From positions 137,481 through 201,480 of the forward strand of contig MU619289.1 of the NCBI GenBank assembly GCA_025201805.1: DNA of 64,000 nucleotides. Reading direction: 5' to 3'. The notes under the pieces are model-generated. The model worked only from the letters and a program-made list of their open reading frames with translations, did not search any database and was not told the origin of the DNA. Below are positions 26,287-39,236 of this stretch, one piece after another. The first letter of the stretch is position 1. Each line of letters begins with the position of its first letter. The translations under genes and the position numbers were made by a program. Source of the DNA: Parasitella parasitica NRRL 2501. Lineage: Eukaryota; Fungi; Mucoromycota.

Positions 26287-29200
26287 ATTTGTGCATGTAA
26301 ATTATTCTACTTGCTTGTGTGTTTTTCTAATCCATATCAAAATCAGTTACAGTATATACAATAATAGGATACTGAGCGTTTTTAATGCGAAATGCAGTGT
26401 AAACCTAAGAAAATAGTGCGAGTCGGAATTTGCATTTTATGAATCGTTTTTTCTGGACAAACACGAATATAAATCAAAAATGACAAATATCTCGAAAAAG
26501 TGCATAGCAAATCGCTTTAGTGTGCTGATTGGTTTATATAACTTATTAAATTTTGTATTGAATGATATACGTTCCGAGTAAACTTTTTATACAAAATCAA
26601 TAGCAAATTGCAGATAAAATTGAAGACCTTTGAGTTATTTTCTGTGTTTTTTCAAAGTAACTCCATAAATAAACCAGCTCATAAGATACATCACAATTCA
26701 AGCTATTGATTGAGCTTTTGCTGAGGGTTCAGTTTACATTTTTCGTGAAGTTTTTGCGAATCCGAAACAGACAGCCTTACAGTGGCTCATGAAAACTGGA
26801 GGCGAAACCAACGATCCATTTTTTCTGTTATCTTTCCTAGCCATTTCTCTATGAAAAAACGCCATTTTTTTTTGAAGCGAAAAGCCGTTATAACAGCTAG
26901 AATTTTGCGCCTATGCTATAAAGGCAAAAAAAAATAAGTGCTAGTACAGTTTTTGCACTATAAATCGCAATATTTTAGTGAAAAAGTGAAAAATTTATGC
27001 GAAAAAAAAAAAACCAGTGATACTCAAGTATGTGAATAAACATGAAAAAACAGAAAGACTGGTTGTAAAATGAGTATTGTGGCATAATTATTTGATGAGC
27101 TATTCCATAGCAAAGATTCAATTCTTTGGCGGGGAAGCTAGAGACAGCATTTTGACACTGACCTTGGTTTAACACAGGTGGCAAAAGTTAACAAGATTGC
27201 GTCCTGCAAGTTTTCTGATTTGGGAAAGAATGATTCTAGATTAGCTTTATCACCCATAGATATGACCACCCCTTTATGTGATTCAATAAAAATGACGAAA
27301 CATGAATATACATTGGAGCTCCTTGCCCACCCGGCTTGTATTTGTAAAAAGGGGATTCCCTTTATTGGAATCAATTTGACCTACAAAGTTAGATGGGGAA
27401 GATCGCTTAAGGAGTTCGTCAAATGCTTTAATAAATTTGTAACCAAGTCTTTGTTGCGACCCTTTTTTTTCTAGATTGAGCATAAAGAAAAATCGCAACA
27501 GAGCGCTCTGATTCATAGAAAAAGCAATGTTATAATTTTGGTTTGTTTACATTGCTATAGGAGCTTTTTCTTGCCATTATACTTGCTGGTTTTCTGAATA
27601 CATACAGTATCACACATCTTGTGGCTCTGCTTTGTACTATATACGTGTGCATGATAACAAATATATACTTTTCGTTATCAGGAATCCTTTATAAGATGCT
27701 GGCATTCATGTGCATTGCATCTTTATATATATATATATATTGTAGTTATTCTTGGGGATATCCTCATTACATACGCAATTATACATGACTATTTATACTG
27801 AAATTGATCTCATATATAATGTGCAATACATGTATAATTACCGGATTGGGCATTTATGTAGTGATCCATAAATTCAGTCGATTCTGAATGTATTTCTTTT
27901 TACGAATGACTGAAGCATAGTGTGCATGCACTAGATGGTCATGATTAGAATATACCCGAGCAGCAACGTATCGTACAGACTTGGATTAACCAGAAAATGA
28001 TGCCATCCCGTTGTTTTCTACAATATATCCCCAGTTATTTCAGCTGTAAGGCGGCCCCGTGTATCATTCAATCAGAAGGCGTCTTTTTTTTTTTTTTTTT
28101 CATAAATGTAATTTACCAAATTTATTGATTCAATTAGATTACTTGAGCTTATATCCTTGTTCTTGTTCTTAAAAAACAAAAAAAATAGAAAGAGGAAGGT
28201 CTACAATTTGACATTATTCCATTCAGAATATTATGGCCGCGTCTGTTTTGTTGTCATCATAAATGGTTAAGTGTGCATAAATCGAAACAAACTTACATGA
28301 AAGCATTCAAGTAAATAAATTGGTACATGTTGAGTAGTACAAAATAAGCCAAGCATGCAAATGTGGTATTCATGCCAGCTCAGTTAGGATAAAAAGACAT
28401 TATCCCTATGAGATGCTACACTGTATACTCCACGACGTTTAATTTTAGTGTTTATGGATAAATTGCAAATAATGTTACTCTAACATTGATTTATTGAAAA
28501 ATGCTAGATATATATAAAGCATCAAATGTCTTGATCCAACCTGCGCAATCGTTTGATTGACCATGACTAGAGCTTTTATAAATAATAATAAAAACCCGCC
28601 CGCTATAGCTCAATACTTTACCAACAGTTTTCTTCAGCATCAATCGGTACCAGTTTGTTTCGTTCTGTCATAAGTTGAAAATGTCACATATATTCCACTC
28701 GATTGGACACATCTTGCTTCCATTTGTGTCACTGTTGCAAGATTGATATAGTCATAATTTTCCCGCAATCCATTTGTATGGAATTGTGTTGTAGCCTAGT
28801 TCATCGACTGCGCTTCGTTTTGACGTCCGCATCTTGGTCAGAGAACCAATAATCAACAAATAGCAGTGATTTTGTGTGTAATATCGCACACTCAGGGCTG
28901 GAGGTATCGTAACATTGTGGATTTTGCAACGATGCTTTTGTCAACCTTAGGGTAGCCGTGGAATCTAGTAAGAATACTTGACGACTGGGGGAGCGTGAGT
29001 AGTGTCGTTGAGATCCACTGCAATCAATCTAAAAAATTGAAAAAAGATAAATCTCGCACATGTTGTTTGCTGGCTTCCTTTACCGCTTGCAATTTTTGGC
29101 CAAGGCCTTGAGCTGGATTTTTGAAGTGGGCTCTACAATATACCAAAGACAATAATGAGTCATTTGAGTGAGGTAATTCCAAGTAGAGAGCTTACGCAGC

Positions 29201-29304
29201 ACATTAATAAAAGGGGATGGCAGAAAAACGAGAATATAAAGAAATTACATGCAAACAAATATAGGGGGAATAATAAACTAGTAATTTTTATTTAAAAATA
29301 AAAT

Positions 29305-30039
<735 letters not shown>

Positions 30040-30592
30040 TTACTTGTTTGTAATTGTTTTTTTAAAAGAAAAAATGAAAAGAAAAAGGCTGTAGTTGCAA
30101 ACAAAAGAAAAACCACTGCTATTTATACAAAAACTGCATAGGGAAAATAGATGATGTATTCACCCTGTTGCAGAAACCAATCAATTTGCTCATTCTCGAA
30201 ACATTCCCTAATAGGATCACATTGGAACTGACCAGAACGTATTATTTTTAGTCCAGTGGTGCGTATCCCGCAATCATCCTCAACTTTCTAATCTTAGAAA
30301 AGCTCGATTTGACATATATAGTAAAATGTCATTCATGTCCATGACAAATGAGATTGGCTTATTCTTCCAATTATTAATATATATTAGGCATTTGATTGTT
30401 TTCGTGTGCTGGTAGGGTGTGCTGCAGCTTAGCAGTTTTTTCTCTTTTTCGATAACACTGATACCAATTATCACGATGATATCAATATTCATTGTATTCA
30501 TTGCATTTTGTTTTCTAAACGAAGCTTAAAATTGTTTGAGTCAGAAAAAATGGAAAAACAGAAGGAATCCAAGTCTTTTATTGTTTCATAGT

Positions 30593-31421
30593 TTAAGCAA
30601 TGAGCTCGACTACGCCACCAGCTGCCTTGATCTTCTTCTCGGCGAGACGAGAGACGAAACGAGTGCGGACAATGACAGGCTGGGAAATGGTACCCTTGGC
30701 CAAAACCTTGCCGTAGCCCTATGTTCAAAAACAAACGCATTAACGAAATTTGGCCGCTATGAGATCTCAAAATGTACGCATTTACCTTTTGGAGGGCATC
30801 AATAACAGGGACCTTTTCAGTGTTCTTGTATTGCTCGCGGACACCTTCACCGGCAAGAGTCCAGATCTTGTCAAGATTGACAATGGGACGCCAGTTGACG
30901 TTGTTCTTCAAGTGGAAGTGACGCATACCGACCTTACCAAAGTAACCAGGATGGTACTTATCCATGTTGATACGGTGGTGATGTTGACCACCAGCAAGAC
31001 CACGACCACCAGGATGTTTTCTGTGCTTACCGACACGACCGTGACCGGCTGAGACGTGTCCACGCTTCTTTCTGTTGTGATGAAGTCTGGTAGGCTACAA
31101 CAAATTGACCGTTTAGTTTGCAACTCGTGTTAAGATGAAAGATCCAAAATGCCCCAAGGACAAGAAGAATGAAATAGTCAAGCTATGAAATAGCAAAAGA
31201 TGTTGGTATAACGCAAAGCAAATGTCGAATGCATGGTTCTTTAACGAATGGTTCGAGTTCTGAATCCATCCAAATTCAGTTGAAGAAACATCCATCAATC
31301 CTATTCAGCAAATCCTTCATCTGCATCTGCATCTGCATCTTTTGCTTTTTCATATTTGCTTCTCTGTATCGCATCTGCTTGGATTCAGGCATTATTTGCT
31401 CTTGTTGTATGAACTCACCAT
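30593..31421 (-). CDS. RPL28: 60S ribosomal protein L28 (uL15/L27a); first coding exon is ATG only
   Basis: ATG|GTGAGT at 31421, ~320-nt intron, then [47 protein letters not shown]; second intron ~30786-30719; ends ..GGVVELIA*. Confidence 0.95.
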
Positions 31422-31577
31422 TTCAGTAAAAGAGGAGGATCTAATAATTAGCTAACTTGCTCATGAATTTTGTGCTTCTCGCTCCCTCGCCCTATATTCC
31501 CCTCTCCTTCAAGGCAGAGAAAAAAAAATCTCCGGGCCATTAGCTGTGTCCGTCCCGTGGTTTTTGTAGCCGTTTTA

Positions 31578-32282
31578 TTATTGAATCAGTAGTTTCATTT
31601 CAATGTTTAGCCTGTCCTGACAAACGTCATGATAGCGTTTAAAATGAGCTAATGTCCTTTCTCTTTCAGAACTTTGAATCGCAAAAGACGTCAATGCTAT
31701 CAATCCTTTTTTGTTTGGTCTATCGTGAAAGTAGATGACTGATAACATTGACGGTATTTCCTTTTCAGTGCTAGGCAAGCGTCCTGGATAATCTAAAATA
31801 GCTGCCATGCTTTCTTCTGTCACTTTTGCTCCCATGCTTGTAGAAAGGATAAGTGCTAATTCTGGCACCATGTTTTGCTTGGTCTGATACACGAATATAC
31901 AGCCGTTCAAGTCTGACTCGGGTGTTTTGACATGTTGAATGATGTGGTAGCGTAGTGTATTTGTTTTTAATGCGAAAAATACAGGCTCAATCACTGCTTC
32001 AAGGTAAAGTTTGTTGATAGCGCTGGTACAAAACTCAACAAGCATTGCTGGCTTTAATCCTAGCAGTGTAAACCCAAACTCCCCATACAACAGCATGTCT
32101 TCAGGCCTAAGCTCGCCCGCAAATGTTAGTTGCTCAATTGATTCACGATCCAAGTTTTTCCAAAACTGCTGCTCTAGCAATCCAAAATATTCGAATGCTT
32201 GCTTCGCTTCCATGTCTGATTCCGAACAGTCTATGCCAACCAAAGGAGAAATGCTTGCACCCAACGTAAAATGGCCATTCAT
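31578..32282 (-). CDS. Hypothetical globular protein, 234 aa, intronless
   Basis: Clean ORF of mixed composition with conserved-looking blocks YGEFGFTLLGLKPAML and ILDYPGRLP. Confidence 0.75.
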   Translation of the reverse strand: MNGHFTLGASISPLVGIDCSESDMEAKQAFEYFGLLEQQFWKNLDRESIEQLTFAGELRPEDMLLYGEFGFTLLGLKPAMLVEFCTSAINKLYLEAVIEPVFFALKTNTLRYHIIQHVKTPESDLNGCIFVYQTKQNMVPELALILSTSMGAKVTEESMAAILDYPGRLPSTEKEIPSMLSVIYFHDRPNKKGLIALTSFAIQSSERERTLAHFKRYHDVCQDRLNIEMKLLIQ

Positions 32283-32587
32283 TTAATGACTTGCTTTGCT
32301 GTGACGATGATGGCTAAACTGTTTGATACGGCATTAGTATCACTAAACTGTGATAATGATCAACGAATTTTCACTACAAGCCAAAGTATTGCCATCATAG
32401 TAACAGCCTAGAAAAGGAAACACCTCTTTGCTTTACGGAAATTAGGATGCATAGCTTCCGTAGTTGGAAGCTGAATAGTTTTTTTTTTTGGGATCCCTGA
32501 GATTCAATAAATCCCCACATCAGAGGTGTGTGATAGCTGCCTTCAGAGTAAAATTATAGTGATAGACTTCTTTTACTTTATACAATC

Positions 32588-33813
32588 ATGACAGAAACTC
32601 CAAGTTCGAGATTTGGCGAGTTGCCTACACTGCAGCTTCCTTCCTTTTTAGAGTTTTTGAAGCTTAAAAACTTTCCGTTAAAAGTGTTCCCAGCTGTGTA
32701 CGAGCCACCAAGACTTACAAAAGACACATTGTTTATACATGGCCCTGGCTATAGAAACAGCCAAGCGAGCTTTGACGTTGATTGTCTTGTAATTCAGGTA
32801 TATAAGTGCCCTTTGCCATAAATTAAGCTTGACGTTTTTTTTACGCACTTAGATGTATCTCAAATTCTGTGGAATTGACTTTGATGTAAATAATATAAAC
32901 GAACCAGCTGCTTCGCCTTCAGGTAGATTGTATTGTAAAAAATTGAACTCTGGATGCATGCTTAGTCAACTGGAAATATAGAAAAGCTGCCTTTTTTAGC
33001 CACAGTGTCTGGTGCCGTCTACAATGATCAAGAAACCATCAACTGGGTTAAAGAAACAAGGGTACATATTTCTAAAACTGAAGAAATTGTCAAAGTCTTA
33101 CTGATTAACACACTCGCATTAAAGCATTTGGAAAAGCAATTGACAAATGACAAAGATAGAGAGCAAGCAAAAGCGTTTGTGGCGCTTGTGGAAACAAAGC
33201 TCAAAGCAGCATTGGTAAAAGCAGAGAGATGATACATATGTTAGTCAATGAGTATTCATAATTCTCCTAAATAGTTATTTTCCATGTGGTTAGAACCACT
33301 GAATGCCAACCAAACCACATACAAGTTTTACTATGGACATACGCCTACACCCATTAATATGGTTGTATCCTACACAAAACAAAAAGAAATTATTCAAAAA
33401 CTATTGAGCAGCCGGGATATTTTGATTAGAGAAGAGGTAAATCTATATTTTTGACGAGGAGATGCAAGGGGTTTGCCATTAAAAGGCTAAATTATAGATA
33501 TACCAAGATGCCACTCAAACATTGAAAGCTCTTTCTGTTAAACTTGGTGATCAGACCTACTTCTTTGGCGCCAGGTAGGACGGATATTAAAGAATGCATG
33601 TATATTTAACTCATAAATCAAATTAGCGAGCCAACATACACTGATGCCGTAATCTTTTCCTGCCTCCATTCAATCTTGAGTATGCCAAAGATTGTTGATG
33701 GTGATTTCTCTGATGAAGAAAGAAAGCAAGCTGCAACTTTAGGCAATTTGGTCCGTAAGCATGATAACTTGGTTAAATATGCCAAAAATATTTACGAAAA
33801 TTGGCTAAAATAA
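32588..33813 (+). CDS. Mitochondrial SAM complex metaxin (Sam35/metaxin-2-like); multi-exon
   Basis: FPLKVF, SFDVDCLVIQMYLKF, ASPSGKLPFL, ALSVKLGDQTYFFG..PT..DAVIFS, HDNLVKYA (GST-like metaxin fold). Confidence 0.82.
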
Positions 33814-34974
33814 ATCATTAACAATCGATGGATAATCTAAACTATCATTTTGAAGATACAAAATTAATAGGATGGGGGAGAGGGGCTAAAAATACAAAAT
33901 TCTTGGTGTGTGCTTGTAATCTGTAAAAACCGCTTTAGAAATACCATAACTAGGAAGAGACATGATATCGCTTTCGCCTCGACAGAGATGCCACATAGTG
34001 GCATTGCCACTTATAAAATTGGAAAGGTATCTGTTTGAATTCGTTTCAAGCTTTAACCAAGATTTCTATAGGTAATGATTGGTTGATATTCTGTACATAA
34101 CTGGCTACTAGTATTCTATGAAACCGTAAAACAGCTCTACTCGCTTAAGACTACTGAAAAGCAGTTTTACAATTCCCATGTAAATACAACATTGCATTGC
34201 CTTGTATTCATATCAAGCAGTGAATCAGTCATTTTGACATGCATATGAAGTTTTTTTTACCATACTCATTATTTACTTATTGAATGTCTCATGCATATAA
34301 TGAGATATCGAGAATCCAAAGACGTTGTGAGGTACAGTTATCATACTAATACCGTACTAGCTTGTATTATAAGTTTGAGCCCCAAATTCGTACCTAAAAA
34401 TCACCCTTAAGGTTGTTCCAAAGTTTAAATTTTTCCTCTGCTCGCTTCGTTCACTACGTATTGGCTACATCGCTCTGGCTCGAACTCAGATCACTGTTGT
34501 GGTTTACCAAAAAGCTTTCACAGGAGCGCCCTTCGTTTGAAAGCATATTATCATATTTATATTCTCGTACGCATATATGCTTCTTCTAGTAGTATAGCAG
34601 CAGTGAATTTTGATGGAGGCCTTCTTCTGCATAATTAGAATCAGTTAGTATTATCAATTGTTCAAGAATTACTAAAAAGATTGGGTTTCCCTTTATCCGC
34701 TTTTTTAAGCCCAACATCTGATGCTCATTGAGACGAAAGTAGTTTTTATTATAAGCATGCAAGTAATACCCGTGCCTGTTGTATAAATGCACGTATGTGT
34801 TTGTAAGTGGTGCCCATATTTCATGAAACAATAATCGAGATGCACTGATCTGCTCCTGCTTGTATCTGAATTATATGATTTTGTACAAATACCAAAATCT
34901 TGGTTACAAATGTATGAAAAAACTAGTAAAACCTTATGCAACGTAAACCACATAAAACAAAGAAGATACGAAAA

Positions 34975-35742
34975 TCATACTTTACGACTTTTAGGCGTAG
35001 TAGAGCGACGGCACATGCTGGTGTTGTTGTGAATTACACTTGAAAGGTAAACTGCCTTTTCACTATTCAGGACAGCGTTTAACTTGGCTTGGATTTCAGG
35101 GTTTTCGCTATAATTTCTGCTTGTCCTTCTGGTCGGTATCATATTTTCTGTTGCTGTAGAAAGAGCAAAAAGATTGTCGTGCGGAGGTACAGGTGGAGGT
35201 GGTGGCAATGAAGAGGAAGACGGTTGCCAAGTAGCTGATCTTGCCAGTGATGTAGAGTTATTTGGGCTGCCATCCATAGCATGGTGTGATGAGGAGTGTT
35301 GAGCTGCACAGTATGCTTTATGGTTATACTCAAACAACGTTGTTGATTTCTTTTCTCTCCCTTTTTCACTTTCATAGGAAGTGTTGTGTAAATGACTTTG
35401 ACGTCGACCTGGTGTTTGAATCTGTTGAGGATTAGCAATTGTTTCAGTACTAAAAATCGCCGTAGTGGAATTGTCACAGTTTGCATTTGTTGCACAGGCA
35501 TATTCTGTATATTCATAAGATTTGACTCCATCAACATCACCTGGTATCTCTAATTTAGCTTTGAGATGGTGATCATCAATGCTGCTTATCAAGTTGCTAT
35601 TTCTTGCTGATGAGACAGAAGGCAGAGGAAGATTTTTGTTATTGATTAGGACCCATGAAAGAAAACCTGATTTTGGTCGATGTCTGCTCATTGTAGATGA
35701 AGCGGTTACGCTCCTTTGATGATCTTGCGATTGTTGTTGCAT
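34975..35742 (-). CDS. Hypothetical low-complexity S/T/P-rich protein
   Basis: 255-aa ORF with PPPPPVPPH and NPEIQAKL; TATA-like sequence upstream. Confidence 0.65.
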   Translation of the reverse strand: MQQQSQDHQRSVTASSTMSRHRPKSGFLSWVLINNKNLPLPSVSSARNSNLISSIDDHHLKAKLEIPGDVDGVKSYEYTEYACATNANCDNSTTAIFSTETIANPQQIQTPGRRQSHLHNTSYESEKGREKKSTTLFEYNHKAYCAAQHSSSHHAMDGSPNNSTSLARSATWQPSSSSLPPPPPVPPHDNLFALSTATENMIPTRRTSRNYSENPEIQAKLNAVLNSEKAVYLSSVIHNNTSMCRRSTTPKSRKV

Positions 35743-38524
35743 TTGAAATGATAATACTTGTATGCTTCTTTTGATTCAGATTGGTATAATAATTGGTTTT
35801 ATGTTTAATATTACAGCTGATTACTAGTGATAATGAAGGGAAAAGGTAAAAGAGTGTTTTATTTCAGAAAAAATCCTCAAGTTATATATTTATATATAAT
35901 TGTTTGTTACAAAAAGCACCATATGAGATCTAAAAATAATTCGACAAAGCATTACTATAGCTGTTATGACTGTTGTACAAAAGCGTTGAAAAGTGTGGCG
36001 GCCAAGTGGACGAATATACATACCTTTCCTCAGTTTTACATTGGTGTATATAATATGGTATCTTTCAGCTTATTGATCATTCTTTAAACCTACAACTTCT
36101 CAACATGACTTAGCAATGTTGCACGGGTAGTATTTAATAAAGGCACCAATTTGCAGAAATGTTAGTATAGCTGTTTGGTGTGGCTGAATACTTTGATGTA
36201 CCTGATCTAGAATTCAAACTCGTCTTGCCTTAGACACCTGCTATGAGCATTACGCAAAATTATTAATTAATATACGAAGTCTCGAGCTGACTTGATAGCG
36301 TTCTCTTATGTTACATGTACAGTTTATGTATTAAACTTGCACAGAAACGATGATCTATGCTCATCCAATGAAAGTGGGAGTGACATTCACTACGCTTCCG
36401 ACTATCGTGATTATATCAAACGTATTCAAAACTGATTGTAAATGTCTACTAGGATTACTAGTAAGTAAAAGGTAAATATTTGCACCTTATGCCATAATCA
36501 AAATCCAATAATTATAGAAATATAAACATAGTTTACATTGAGAACTTTACAGTGTGATCGATCTACCTTAACTTCTACAGGCAGCCATAGACTGTGTCCG
36601 GTGATGTCCGAACCATCACCTCTCGCACTAAAAACGTTGTTGATCAACGAGACAAAACGACTGCTGTGAAGAGGATTTTGGTGGTCAAACCTACCAGGAA
36701 TAATATATTAGATAAGTAGGAAACGATAAAATTTATTATACTATAGTAAATTAACCCAAAATTGCGATGCTATATATCGCTACACTATTAGACTTATCAT
36801 CAGCCATTTGAACAGGTAATCACACATCGAATGTTCTGTAATTCATAAAGAACAATCGTACATTTAACGTAGCATTTTTTGTACAGCAAATCATCTTATC
36901 ATACTTAATAATGATTTCCTGAGCTACTTGAGGACTGGGTCATTATATCTACTAACACATCCACACTCACCCTTGCTACAAAATCAACATTTTCATATGA
37001 TATTAATACCAGGATTTCCACGTTAAGTTGGCCTTTGTAAAGGTATTTGAAAAGGTTCTCCCTATTTCAATATTTTGAATAATATAAATTAAATAACCAA
37101 CGGTAAATAGCACTACAGCGCTCACGTCTCAGAGATGGGATCTTGTGAAAAATAGAGTCTTCTCCATTTGAAAAAAAACCCAATCGCGGACAATATTATG
37201 AATTTAAACATGATGCTTTAGATCTCCCATCTCTGACACGCATTCAAATGCTCTTTGGAATTTCCAAGCTATTCGCGATAGTATTCAAGTTTATCAGTTG
37301 TTGGTATCGATACCAGATCAAATGATTGGTGTTATGCGTATTATACCATTTTGAAGCAAATTGCTTATTTAATGGAACATTTTGCTTTAAACGTATCCAA
37401 ATCACTTTATAAACGGTTAGCTGTTCTCAATGACGATAATATTACCCGAATAGAGTATTAAAATTTCGCTCATTCAAACTAACCGATCCGATTATCCAAC
37501 CGATGCCTAAGCTATATTTATCATTAGCACAGGTAAACACATTTATCATCTACAGCTTACCTGTTTCCCATAATAAGAATATCTCAAAATGGCTCTTGAT
37601 ATTTATCTTCAACAGAGTGAGTTAACTCTTAATTACAACAGCAAAAAATGATTGAGGTGGAATCAGCATATATGACACATGAGCAATGAAATGACATAAA
37701 GATTTTTTAGTACATGTTACACATATGAGTTGGCGTATCGGAAAGATATATTAATAATCTTTGCAGAAAAAATCGAAAATAAGAAAGGTTATTCTAGACT
37801 AATTCAGTCGTATTATTTGGCTTTTAGTTTTGTGGTAGTCACTCCTTACGATGTTTATAACGTAAACAGATGAGGATCCTGGTTTCAACCTCTGATGTAT
37901 ATATTAATAATGGTATTTGCGGCGCTACCGTTCAGCCGAGTTAATTTGAGACATAGCCTGTTGTCTTTCAAAGCCATCCCTTTTACAACTTGTCCACCAC
38001 ATAATCAGCCCTGGCAGCCTCGGTTTAACTTCCAAACGAATTAATAATAAAGGATTAATAATATTTACGTTTTCCCAAAAAGAAATAGAGTAAAAATAGC
38101 AACACTGCTTAGCAATACGTTACTGTATATCTATTAACATTGAATGTATCACAATGAAATCATCAAAGAAACAAAGTATGCGCATATGTCTTATTTTCTC
38201 GGCTCAGAAGATGGACCCAAGGTTTCGATTTAATATAATTATCAAAAACCAGGATTTTGCCCAGGGTTATTTAGATGCGGCCATGTATTTATTTGAAACC
38301 TTGATTATTCTTGGTAAACCCAAGCGTTTTATTTTTGTCTAGTGAGTCCCACCATAAAAGTACCCAAAATGTTGTTTTATGTTATAGTCAGACAAAGCAT
38401 GAATTTATTTTTATTTGATAATGAATGATATGTGAATTTACAAAGAGACATGATGGTATAAATTAGGAAAAAAAACGATGGGATTGGTATAATAAGGAAT
38501 CGTGAAATGTAAGAGAAGTGAAGA

Positions 38525-38984
38525 TTATATCATGTAACCTTCCATGATATCTGTGCGAAGAATATCGCGATTACCATCTCTGTAGCGAACCATCCAGCGA
38601 CCATCAGGTAATTTCACGTAGAAGTTAGAGTATGGAAATTCATTGCTTTTGCAATAAGTTGGGCTGAAAGGAGGAATCAACATGGGAGCTGCTGTCACGT
38701 CTGTTTGATTGATTAATTGCTTTCTAGGGCGTTTTGAATCAGAAGACTGGTCATCCAAGGCCTCAACTGTCTTTAGTGATTCATCTGATAGTGTGGAATT
38801 ACTATAGTTCCCTGTTGTATGGCGAGAGAAATAGCTGTGTCTTCTGCTAGAGCTGCTTTTGTTACTTTTATTACAAGGAGATGTACGAAATATATTCCCA
38901 ATTTTTGACCAAAATGATTTAGAAGATTTTGCCGAAGAGTCTGTTGAAGAAGAAATCGATGTTTGTGACGAATGGTTGATCATA
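38525..38984 (-). CDS. Hypothetical S-rich protein with an aromatic C-terminal module
   Basis: ORF from MINHSSQ to FPYSNFYVKLPDGRWMVRYRDGNRDILRTDIMEGYMI; TATAAAT upstream. Confidence 0.7.
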
Positions 38985-39236
38985 TTGGAAAGTATCAAAG
39001 AAATAATTGTATAAATTAAAACAACAACTCAAGATGCTTTCATCGAGTGTTCTGTCTATATTTATATACTTTTTTTTTTTTTTGGCCGGCTAAATATAGC
39101 CATTATGCCCAGCCAGTTATACAAGAATTGGCGCGACACTTGAGACCATGTGCCTCATTTTGTAATTCAGATTCAAACTGGTTTGACATTACAAATTTTT
39201 ATTTTGGTTAAAAAACTTGACATGTACAAATGGGAT

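Noticed and set aside
26975-27516. Cluster of short ORFs in the EBP2-ubiquitin interval
   Set aside because: No recognisable domain, consistent splice model or terminal repeats.
30190-30210. TTCTCGAA heat-shock-element-like site upstream of the Ub-AN1 gene
   Set aside because: Only two correctly spaced nGAAn units; insufficient evidence.
34438-34455. TGCTCGCTTCG resembling the U6 5' end
   Set aside because: No ACAGAGA box or other U6 core downstream.
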